Shown here one piece after another: positions 22,801-33,500 of a DNA stretch of 64,000 bases (positions within the stretch are counted from its first letter, which is position 1; each line of letters starts with the position of its first letter). A program made the position numbers and the translations under genes. Source of the DNA: Macrostomum lignano (Eukaryota); contig NIVC01000512.1 of the NCBI GenBank assembly GCA_002269645.1, positions 1 to 64,000 of the forward strand, written 5' to 3'. The notes below the pieces were generated by a model. That model searched no databases, was not told the DNA's origin, and was given only the letters and a program-made list of their open reading frames with translations.

Positions 22801-25800
22801 CTACCCCTCCTATTTTTACGACGCATCTGCACCCCCCCCCCCCTGAACAGAGACAAGGGCAAATGAGCTTTTTATTAGAGGCAGGGGGATGTGTACACCC
22901 TGGCGCAAGCGACATGTCGCACAACCGGTGAGAGGCATTACTGGCCATTCCGCCGACTCCCCTGAGCAGGCACACAAGCGCGCAGATACGTACGCAGTCA
23001 TACCCACAGGCACACACTCACACAGGGGTGTACAGCGGCCCTAACTTTATTTATCGTTAGGAATGTACACTTCACTGTGCCTGGGGGGGATATAAGATAG
23101 AAGATTGAAGTCCTGCCGTTAGCCCAACTCCTCGATAGCTCGCATGAATTCACCTCAAGTATTTTCTTCAACATTAACAGGAAAGGAATAGTCACGTCTC
23201 GTCTCGTGCTAAGAAGGGCATCGCCAGATGACGCTGGAAATTACACCTGCGTGTTCCGCAACCTGCAGGGCTCCATCAGCAGCAGCATCGTGCTGGCTGG
23301 TGAGCTGACTGCTATTTGAACTCAATCATTTTCTTAACCTTATTTGCCTTGTATTGTTCTTGCAGTAGTCAGGCTGATTGAGGGGGAGGCGAGCATGCTA
23401 ATAAAGTCTTGTTGCATCTCGAACGAAAAGGAATGCGGGGTATATCGAGTACCACAAACTTTTTTGTGAGTAAGCATCGTAAATGCATCTACCCCGCTCA
23501 AAGCCCTTACCCCGCTCTCACCCTGCGAACGCTTGAGCCAATCTCTGGGCAGTTTCGTCGGAGCAGTTTTGCTACTGTATATAAAGCGAACAACTAGAGG
23601 CGCTGGCCAACTCGTAGCTCCATTGTTAGTCTCTGAAAACCGCGAATTCAAAATTTTCATTCTATCACTCTATAACTGGTAAGCGATTTTGTTTGCCCAG
23701 TTAAACTTTAAACAACCAATCTCCACTGCTTGAAACTTAATATACGTAGACCGTAGTTCCAAAATCGCAGATAAACCCGTTTAGTGCCCAGTATTTTAGA
23801 CGCACGCAAATATGTATCCAGGCATGCTCACACCCTGGCCCTTCAGTTCGCTCGTGGAACCGACCTGGGGGACTTTCAGAGGAATGCCATAAGTTGCTGA
23901 TTTTCTAAACTAAGCGCCAAAAGTATTTAAGGAATCTTGTAGCACACCAAGTATCGTATTGACTTGTTTTTGTTACACCCAATTGGTCCCATATATGGAA
24001 TGAGCATCGGCAATGCAACAGTCTAGCGTAGACAAACGTATGTCATTCCAACAATAACTCAACTTGTCTGTGCAGTTTGTCTCATTTCAACGTTACAGCG
24101 GAAGAATTGAGCAGCTCGATGGGTCAGCAAACATCCACCACTGTGGGTAAGTGTTGTTCTGTTCAGAGCTCTATTTTAGGAGCTGCAAGCGTCTTTATTG
24201 CAACCTGTCTGTCTGTTAGTGTTGGCCAGTAACTATCTGGGGGCGGTATTCTTTTAGATGCCATTGTGAAAGTCAGCCCTGACCTATACGCAGAGCAGAC
24301 AGGGTGGGTGGGGAGAGCCGGCACAGTGGCTCAAAGCATTCGCAGACAGCTGACACACAGTTGGCAAGACTGCTTTGGTATGCGCTTTGAACGTCCAGCA
24401 TAAATAGTTAATTAGAATTGGGCTTGCTGAAACTTACTGGGCGGAGGCCGAGTGAAGCTCTAAACAGATGAATAACAAATCGATGAAAATATTCCAGCGC
24501 CCCAGCCGCAGAACTACCTGTGCAACTACAAGAATGTCACCTATTGTCTCAACGGAGGCACCTGCGTCATCAGTCGAATTACCAATAAGCCATCCTGCCA
24601 GTGAGTCAAACCTGCTTTCTGATCAAATCAAACAAGCTCAATTGGAATAATTCACTTTGATCTGATTAGTAATGACAGCTTGATGCCCATTTCGATCAGC
24701 TGCATCCTTGTGCACAAGGGATGTAGATTCATGTACTATTTAAGAAGGCACAATGCACGGATTACCGTATATATTATAGCAATAGCTGGGAACAGAATTC
24801 TATGTCCATTAGTTTTACTGCACAACCGGTACAATTAATTTACTAATAAAAATTCCAGATGTCCAGAAGAGTACATGGGGTTCTTCTGCGAGAATATCAA
24901 CATTGAGTACATGTACCGGGAGCAGATCAGGCAGAGTAAATTTTTCTTGCACAGCTTTCTAAGATTAATTAATAATATTTATGTCAATCAGATTTTCAAT
25001 CCAATTTCAACATTATCCAGTGCTGCATTTGATTTAGCTCACTTATAAAACCGAGAGTGGTCTAATGCCTTTGCTAATAGCTTTACAGTGTTGATTTTAG
25101 CAACGGATGCTTTGTTGATTATTCAGCTATTAATAACAATATCGCGTTATAACCATTGTTGATGAGTGGCACTAATTCATTTGCTTGAAACCGATTGCCA
25201 ATTTTTTAACCAGGTGCATATCGGCTGTAAACCTCAACGACACTGACTGCGTGGATTTGCAGAGTACGCTAGCAACCAATTTTTAACTTGGAATTCTATT
25301 TATAGTAATGCCTGTGTTGCTAAGACTTACAAATAAATTGGTTAGACAGCAAGACAGTCGTTAAGTGCGTATAAAACTGAATTTACAGCTTAAGCAAAGC
25401 ATTCTCATCAAAGCAAGAGCAAAGTGGCTCCGCACTTCAAAAGAGAATTCCAAAATTGCGGCGAATCGCTCGCGTGATCAACACCAGCTCCAGTCTCCAG
25501 CCTGCAGAGCAAATTGTGTTTGGTTTGAGTAAAGCAATAGAGGCATTGCAGACTCTCCTCTTCATCTAACTTGATCAGAATTCGGACAGGCAACAGGGAG
25601 GGCTGGCAGTAGGATATTGGAAGCTGTGTGGCTGATGAAGCTCAGCTACCAAGGCATCCGGACCCCTTGGACAGATCAGCTCAGAGACTAAGGAGAGTAA
25701 ACTCTGAGCTGCCAATGCTTTTGCAAGGTCAGGTCTAGGAAGATCCCGGAAGTCCACTATATCCTGTAATCAGCCTCCATCGCTCAATCTCAACCGCATT

Positions 25801-27749
25801 GCAGCCTACATTGAGCAGCATTTGCACCGTCGAGTCGATCGACTGTTGACCGCAGTTGCGGTAGCCATCGTAGCAGCGGTGCTCTGCTCCATCCTGCTGC
25901 TCTCCTGGTACTTGGCTAGGTTAGAAAAGTGCTGAATAAACTTCATATTTACTTTAGAAAGCCTTCCGTAGGGATCAACGGAATTGCACTACTAATAAGT
26001 AGAATGTTGCGTACATTCAGACCCGTTTACGGTTCAGTGGTAAATATTCCAATATAGTTGTTCATTAGCATTGGTTTTGTTTGCTCAGCTTGTAAGCCGC
26101 TTTCAGTAGTATATTGCATTGTTACCGACCTGCAATGGCTTGATGCTTTACAATAATGTTGTGTCACCTTATCCACCAAACCGACATGCGCCTGGTTGCA
26201 ATTGTTGTACTCCATTTGCCTTTATTTTTATTTTTACCACCGTCGCCGCCTGCTCTGTCTTTAGCTGCCTCTTCTTCCTGCATCAGCCTCTCTTCCTCAT
26301 CAAAATATTGCAGGCCTAATTCGAAATTTAGCAGTGGCAGGCGTGTCCGAGACGACTCTCTCCACCACGACCCTTGTGGCCGGTCTCGCCTTGATAGCCC
26401 TGTTTGTTGTGCTCCTGGCTATCTGTTGTATGGTTGCGGACATGTGAGTCCTGTTTATTAAGTATTTAAACAAATCATTTCAAAATCAGAACGCGCTCTT
26501 TTAGGTTCGTCAGGTCATAAATCGACACAGCTGTATTGTCCTGTCACATTGTTTCTCAGAGAATCGATGTCGTGATGACCTGTTTGTTTCAGTTTAAACT
26601 TCTGTTATAAAGTAGTTTGAGGCAAAGACAAAGCTTTTGAACATTCTGTTAAGGTTTCTTTTGAAAAAAAACATTTCAGACGTCGAAGACTGGATAGGAA
26701 GCATTGGACTGTCCCTGCGGGAAAGCGCTCTTCTGATGAGGAGGTGAGTGAAAGCAAGTGTCCAGTGATCACCGGTTCCCTAGTGATCACCGGTTCCCTA
26801 GTGATCACCGGTTCCCCTAGTGATCACCGGTTCCCTAGTGATCACCGGTTCCCTAGTGATCACCGGTTCCCTAGTGATCACCGGTTCCCTAGTGATCACC
26901 GGTTCCCTAGTGATCACCGGTTCCCTAGTGATCACCGGTTCCCTAGTGATCACCGGTTCCCTAGTCGTAAGAGAACGCAACACTTAAGTTAATAGGTGCT
27001 TATTTAAAGTCCTCATTTTGCTCAACAAAAATTTGCTTCACAGGATATCGTAGGAACGTTTCAGTTTTTAGCGCTAGAGATTGACAGTTGTTAAAATCTG
27101 ATGACTTCGGAGTTCCAGAAAGTTGGTGCTGAAAACTGGAAATCGCCAGTCTCGTTGAAGAAGCATATTAAATAAAAATTTCACCTTCAAATGCACTCCC
27201 GTAGATTTGTAGCGTTTAATTCTCTTACCACCCGGGGTCCTTGTCGACTTAGCGGTCCAGCCCAGCAAATTTTGTCCCATCAAAACTTCAGGAGCTGGGA
27301 AGTCGCCTGACATCATCAATTCGGTCACCCGCGCCGCATTTTGACGCGTCCACAATGACGGAATTTCCCGTGCACCCAGTGCCCCCTGTGCCTCCCCACA
27401 GTCAGCAGCCTCTGCCGCATCTGCAACCTCAAAACCAGTTCTATCTCTACCAGAATCCTCGGGAACCCAGCCTGAGCAATGGCCCAACCACCGTGGCGGT
27501 ACCGACGGCTGCTGCAGAGCCTCGGCGCAGTCACAACTCCGGTGCTGCTGGCGGCGGCGCGCCACTGTCGTACACCTACCGCACTCCCGGCCCGTCATCC
27601 AGCCAGCCCGTCGAGTTCCGCATTCAGCCAGTATTTAATTACGCCACTGCGGCCGCTGGCACCTCAGACGCGGCTGACAATCTGGACGACCGAAATGTTG
27701 ACGGCGAGGCTATTGACCTGTTGAAGGAGTTCAAGCGAGTTGAACTACT

Positions 27750-27785
<36 letters not shown>

Positions 27786-27912
27786 ACAACAACAACAACC
27801 ACAGCAGCAACAGCTGAAGCAACAACACAAAAAAGCGTCTGTAAAGCGACCGCTGCCTTTTCCGGGTCATGGCACGCCTTCATCTGCTTCTACTAGTAGC
27901 AGCAGGCAGTAA
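16827..27912 (+). CDS. Neuregulin/Vein-like EGFR-ligand precursor (signal peptide, N-terminal domain, Ig, linker, EGF, TM, polyQ cytoplasmic tail), about 638 aa
   Basis: Exons 16827-17397, 20462-20660, 23181-23299, 24099-24146, 24498-24600, 24859-24935, 25805-25919, 26680-26743, 27292-27912; all GT-AG, phases consistent, total 1917 nt. Ig motifs LVCRANGLPRP..WLRDG and DDAGNYTC. EGF spacing C-x7-C-x5-C-x10-C-x-C-x8-C with an intron between C4 and C5. TM followed by RRRR. Alternative exons at 25214-25263 and 26314-26443. Confidence 0.85.
18841..19660 (+). mobile_element. Possible decayed DIRS/Ngaro-type retrotransposon RT relic in intron 1 of the neuregulin-like gene
   Basis: Collinear peptides interrupted by stops: KIFDLTYP..ESN, G...LDSKSA...P, PKRYQAIC*GILVWFIR and SLIRRLSIAAGV....GKPF resemble my recollection of Ngaro/DIRS RT motifs. 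No YxDD seen and spacing is longer than expected. Confidence 0.35.
20905..22745. repeat. 43-bp minisatellite CTCTCTGGTCTGTAGTTCAGTCTTGTTATTCTTATCTCTCTCC, about 43 copies
   Basis: Tandem periodicity in intron 2 of the neuregulin-like gene; 47-bp variants at the right end. Confidence 0.98.
22875..23044. mobile_element. Small MITE-like element with imperfect TIRs; a related copy starts at 20670
   Basis: Left end TTAGAGGCAGGGGGATGTGTACACCCTGG, right end reverse complement TTAGGGCCGCTGTACACCCCTG. 22875-22939 resembles 20670-20739. Confidence 0.4.
25214..25263 (+). CDS. Candidate alternative EGF C-terminal exon of the neuregulin-like gene (CISAVNLNDTDCVDLQ)
   Basis: Acceptor TTTTAACCAG, donor GTACGC. 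Enters in phase 2 and leaves in phase 1, the same as exon 24859-24935, and supplies two Cys (C-x10-C). Confidence 0.5.
26314..26443 (+). CDS. Candidate alternative transmembrane exon of the neuregulin-like gene
   Basis: Acceptor AATATTGCAG, donor GTGAGT. Phase 1 to phase 2 like exon 25805-25919. Encodes LIRNLAVAGVSETTLSTTTLVAGLALIALFVVLLAICCMVAD and joins in frame to the RRRLDRK exon. Confidence 0.7.
26765..26964. repeat. 18-bp minisatellite GTGATCACCGGTTCCCTA x11
   Basis: Identical copies starting 21 bp after the donor at 26744. Confidence 0.98.
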
Positions 27913-28928
27913 GGCACTGACCCGTGTATTCCCCTCACTGCTTAGGAACCGGGTTTCGTAACCCTGGAGTTCAGGCGTTCAAGCCACGAGTTCACGGCAA
28001 AGTACGAATCGATGGCTATTATACTACTAAGTCTCGGGCTCGCCTTGAGCCTGTTCCGGCAGCAAGACATTTCCATTGCAGCATCAGTAACGAATTTTTC
28101 CCTGCAGAAGGCAATGCAAGCTCAAGCTTTCATCCGAAAATACCAATTATGTAGTAAAGTTCAGAGTGAACTAATGACATAGTTTTTCTACGTGATCTAT
28201 CGTTGGAAAATTGCCAGTTACAAGGCTAAATCAAGCCGCCTACCCTTCGAAGTCGGCAAACCAATATATGCCAGTTTATATAGATAGCTAGCTGTAATGA
28301 ACTACTCACTAGTAGCTTTAGTGAACATACAAATACTTTTCAATGCAGACCGTCGCTAGGAATGCACGCCTGATCTTTTAGGCACCGCTACATGTACAAC
28401 TCTCCAGTTCATTGTGCGTATCATTTATATCAGCTTCAGTTCCGCTGCACACAACAGCTGACTGATTCGACTCACTCCCTTGTTCGATGCAATTGCTTTA
28501 GACCGGAACTTGATGACAAATCTAATTGTGTTAGTTGTTGCTTTTGGCATGTGTTATAGCGTAGTTTTTTAATAAATTATAATGGCAATAAGTGTTACTC
28601 CATTACGGAGGACTCGTATTTGTTGTCTTTGATTTCTGCAGCAAACAGTTTCTTTGGAGTTTTTTATTGGCAAAGTCGTAGCCAACACAAGGACCACTAG
28701 GAACAATTCGGCCTTGGCCCGACAATGCTAGAATTTTATACTCGAAATCAACTCTTGGGCGTCACCCATTGGGCGATTAGTTAACATTGGATGTTTCAAT
28801 CCCTTTCAGGGCGTTGCCATGGATTTTATGGTGGGGGACAAAGCCAAGAATTCTACATATTGTATATGTACATGACGAAATCCCTATATGTACATTATTT
28901 TCAGAATGGTGCTGTCAGTGATTATTTT

Positions 28929-30070
28929 AGCGCCGCAGGCACTCATTTAAGCGCCGCAGGCACTCATTTTAGCGCCGCAGGCACTCATTTTAGCGCCGCA
29001 GGCACTCATTTTAGCGCCGCAGGCACTCATTTTAGCGCCACAGGCACTCATTTTAGCGCCACAGGCACTCATTTCATTTTGGCGCCACAGGCACTCATTT
29101 TAGCGCCGCAGGCACTCATTTTAGCGCCGCAGGCACTCATTTTAGCGCCGCAGGCACTCATTTTAGCGCCATAGGCACTCATTTTAGCGCCGCACTCATT
29201 TTAGCGCTGCTGGCACTCATTTTAGCGCCATAGGCACTCATTTTAGCGCCGCAGGCACTCATTTTAGCGCCGCACTCATTTTAGCGCCGCAGGCACTCAT
29301 TTTAGCGCCATAGGCACTCATTTTAGCGCCGCAGGCACTCATTTTAGCGCCGCAGGCACTCATTTTAGCGCCGCAGGCACTCATTTTAGCGCCGCAGGCA
29401 CTCATTTTAGCGCCGCAGGCACTCATTTTAGCGCCGCAGGCACTCATTTTAGCGCCGCAGGCACTCATTTTAGCGCCGCAGGCACTCATTTTAGCGCCGC
29501 AGGCACTCATTTTAGCGCCATAGGCACTCATTTTAGCGCCGCAGGCACTCATTTTAGCGCCGCAGACACTCATTTTAGCGCCATAGGCACTCACTTTAGC
29601 GCCGCACTCATTTTAGCGCCGCAGGCACTCATTTTAGCGCCGCAGGCACTCATTTTAGCGCCATAGGCACTCATATTAGCGCCGCAGGCACTCATTTTAG
29701 CGCCGCAGACACTCATTTTAGCGCCATAGGCACTCATTTTAGCGCCGCAGGCACTCATTTTAGCGCCGCAGGCACTCATTTTAGCGCCGCAGGCACTCAT
29801 TTTAGCGCCGCAGGCACTCATTTTAGCGCCGCAGGCACTCATTTTAGCGCCGCAGGCACTCATTTTAGCGCCGCAGGCACTCATTTTAGCGCCGCACTCA
29901 TTTTAGCGCCGCAGGCACTCATTTTAGCGCCGCAGGCACTCATTTTAGCGCCGCAGGCACTCATTTTAGCGCCGCAGGCACTCATTTTAGCGCCGCAGGC
30001 ACTCATTTTAGCGCCGCAGGCACTCATTTTAGCGCCGCAGGCACTCATTTTAGCGCCGCAGGCACTCATT
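28929..30070. repeat. 21-bp minisatellite GCGCCGCAGGCACTCATTTTA, about 54 copies
   Basis: Seen directly; intergenic. Confidence 0.98.
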
Positions 30071-30578
30071 TTTGTCGCCCTGAAGCAAAATTATTGATTT
30101 CCATAACAGGTCAACAAAGGTGGGGTGGGGGGGACAAACCATTAGCATGTCCCCCCATAGCTCTTACTGGGGGGACCACTTTCACTCTTCACCGATCGCC
30201 CCACCCCACATTACGCTCACGGTATTGTACGCTTTCACTCAGCTCATAAATATATCGACCCAGAGTATCTCGCTCTAGAGGCTGTTTCGTTTTTCATCGT
30301 TTCAATAGCAACAGAATATAGTTTGTCTTTCATCTCGAGTTATTCTAGCAACCAAAGAATATAGACCTAGTAACAAAAATAGGCCCTAACCATTTTTACT
30401 AGGTATCTAAAATTTTAATTATTCTGGAGACTAGATTGTCAATATTTTTTGTCATTTAATTTTGTGTTGAAAAAATAATTTTCTCCTATCTCGGTAGTGT
30501 TTTTTCATGCAATTGACCCCCCAAAAAAAAATTTACATGACCTTTGAGTTTTACGTCCTGCTATATACAGTGGTCCTG

Positions 30579-33500
30579 CACTTCCCCTCCCGCACTTCCC
30601 CCCCGGCATTTCCCCCCGGCACTTCCCCTCCCTCACTTCCCCTCCCTCACTTCCCCTCCGGCACTTCCCCTCCCTCACTTCCCCTCCGGCACTCCCCCCG
30701 GCACTTCCCCTCCGGCACTCCCCCCGGCACTTCCCCTCCGGCACTTCCCCTCCGGCACTTCCCCTCCGGCACTTCCCCTCCCGCACTTCCCCTTCCTCAC
30801 TTCCCCTCCGGCACTTCCCCTCCGGCACTTCCCCTCCGGCACTTCCCCTCCGGCACTTCCCCTCCGGCACTTCCCCTCCCTCACTTCCCTTCCCTCACTT
30901 CCCCTCCGGCACTTCCCCTCCCGCACTTCCCCTCCGGCACTTCCCCTCCCGCACTTCCCCTCCGGCACTTCCCCTCCGGCACTTCCCTCCGGCACTTCCC
31001 CTCCGGCACTTCCCCTCCGGCACTTCCCCTCCGGCACTTCCCCTCCCGCACTTCCCCCCGGCACTTCCCCTCCCTCACTTCCCCTCCGGCACTTCCCCTC
31101 CGGCACTTCCCCTCCCTCACTTCCCCTCCGGCACTTCCCCTCCGGCACTTCCCCTCCGGCACTTCCCCTCCGGCACTTCCCCTCCCGCACTTCCCCTCCG
31201 GCACTTCCCCTCCGGCACTTCCCCTCCGGCACTTCCCCTCCGGCACTTCCCCTCCGGCACTTCCCCTCCGGCACTTCCCCTCCGGCACTTCCCCTCCGGC
31301 ACTTCCCCTCCCGCACTTCCCCTCCCTCACTTCCCCTCCCTCACTTCCCCTCCGGCACTTCCCCTCCCGCACTTCCCCCCTCACTTCCCCTCCGGCACTT
31401 CCCCTCCGGCACTTCCCCTCCCGCACTTCCCCTCCGGCACTTCCCCTCCCTCACTTCCTCTCCGGCACTTCCCCTCCGGCACTTCCCCTCCCGCACTTCC
31501 CCTCCCGCACTTCCCCCCCGGCATTCCCCCCGGCACTTCCCCTCCCTCACTTCCCCTCCGGCACTTCCCCTCCGGCACTTCCCCTCCCTCACTTCCCCTC
31601 CGGCACTTCCCCTCCCGCACTTCCCCCCCGGCATTTCCCCCCGGCACTTCCCCTCCCTCACTTCCCCTCCCTCACTTCCCCTCCGGCACTTCCCCTCCCT
31701 CACTTCCCCTCCCGCACTTCCCCCGGCACTTCCCCTCCGGCATTTCCCCCCCGGCACTTCCCCTCCCTCACTTCCCCTCCCTCACTTCCCCTCCCTCACT
31801 TCCCCTCCGGCACTTCCCCTCCCGCACTTCCCCCCCGGCATTTCCCCCCCGGCACTTCCCCTCCCTCACTTCCCCTCCGGCACTTCCCCTCCGGCACTTC
31901 CCCTCCGCCACTTCCCCTCCGGCACTTCCCCTCCGGCACTTCCCCTCCGGCACTTCCCCTCCCTCACTTCCCCTCCCTCACTTCCCCTCCGGCACTTCCC
32001 CTCCCTCACTTCCCCTCCCTCACTTCCCCTCCGGCACTTCCCCTCTCGCACTTCCCCTCCGGCACTTCCCCTCCGGCACTTCCCCTCCGGCACTTCCCCT
32101 CCCTCACTTCCCCTCCGGCACTTCCCCTCCGCCACTTCCCCTCCCGCACTTCCCCTCCGGCACTTCCCCTCCGGCACTTCCCCTCCGGCACTTCCCCTCC
32201 CGCACTTCCCCCCCGGCACTTCCCCTCCCTCACTTCCCCTCCGGCACTTCCCCTCCGGCACTTCCCCTCCGGCACTTCCCCTCCGGCACTTCCCCTCCGG
32301 CACTTCCCCTCCGGCACTTCCCCTCCGGCACTTCCCCTCCCGCACTTCCCCTCCCTCACTTCCCCTCCCTCACTTCCCCTCCGGCACTTCCCCTCCCGCA
32401 CTTCCCCTCCCTCACTTCCCCTCCGGCACTTCCCCTCCGGCACTTCCCCTCCCGCACTTCCCCCCGGCACTTCCCCTCCCTCACTTCCTCTCCGGCACTT
32501 CCCCTCCGGCACTTCCCCTCCCTCACTTCCTCTCCGGCACTTCCCCTCCGGCACTTCCCCTCCCGCACTTCCCCTCCCGCACTTCCCCCCCGGCATTTCC
32601 CCCCGGCACTTCCCCTCCCTCACTTCCCCTCCGGCACTTCCCCTCCGGCACTTCCCCTCCCTCACTTCCCTCTCGGCACTTCCCCTCCCGCACTTCCCCC
32701 GGCACTTCCCCTCCGGCACTTCCCCTCCGGCACTTCCCCTCCGGCACTTCCCCTCCCTCACTTCCCCTCCGGCACTTCCCCTCCGGCACTTCCCCTCCGG
32801 CACTTCCCCTCCCGCACTTCCCCTCCGGCACTTCCCCTCCGGCACTTCCCCTCCGGCACTTCCCCTCCGGCACTTCCCCTCCCGCACTTCCCCTCCCTCA
32901 CTTCCCTTCCGGCACTTCCCCTCCCGCACTTCCCCTCCCTCACTTCCCCTCCGGCACTTCCCCTCCGGCACTTCCCCTCCCTCACTTCCCCTCCGGCACT
33001 TCCCCTCCCGCACTTCCCCCCCGGCATTTCCCCCCGGCACTTCCCCTCCCTCACTTCCCCTCCCTCACTTCCCCTCCGGCACTTCCCCTCCCTCACTTCC
33101 CCTCCCACACTTCCCCCGGCACTTCCCCTCCGGCATTTCCCCCCCGGCACTTCCCCTCCCTCACTTCCCCTCCCTCACTTCCCCTCCCTCACTTCCCCTC
33201 CGGCACTTCCCCTCCCGCACTTCCCCCCGGCATTTCCCCCCGGCACTTCCCCTCCCTCACTTCCCCTCCGGCACTTCCCCTCCGGCACTTCCCCTCCGCC
33301 ACTTCCCCTCCGGCACTTCCCCTCCGGCACTTCCCCTCCGGCACTTCCCCTCCCTCACTTCCCCTCCCTCACTTCCCCTCCGGCACTTCCCCTCCCGCAC
33401 TTCCCCTCCCTCACTTCCCCTCCGGCACTTCCCCTCTCGCACTTCCCCTCCGGCACTTCCCCTCCGGCACTTCCCCTCCGGCACTTCCCCTCCCTCACTT

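Noticed and set aside
25400-25760. Peptides like ILEAVWLMKLSYQGIRTPWTDQLRD faintly resembling an RTE/LINE C-terminus
   Set aside because: Too short and broken by stops to call without a search.
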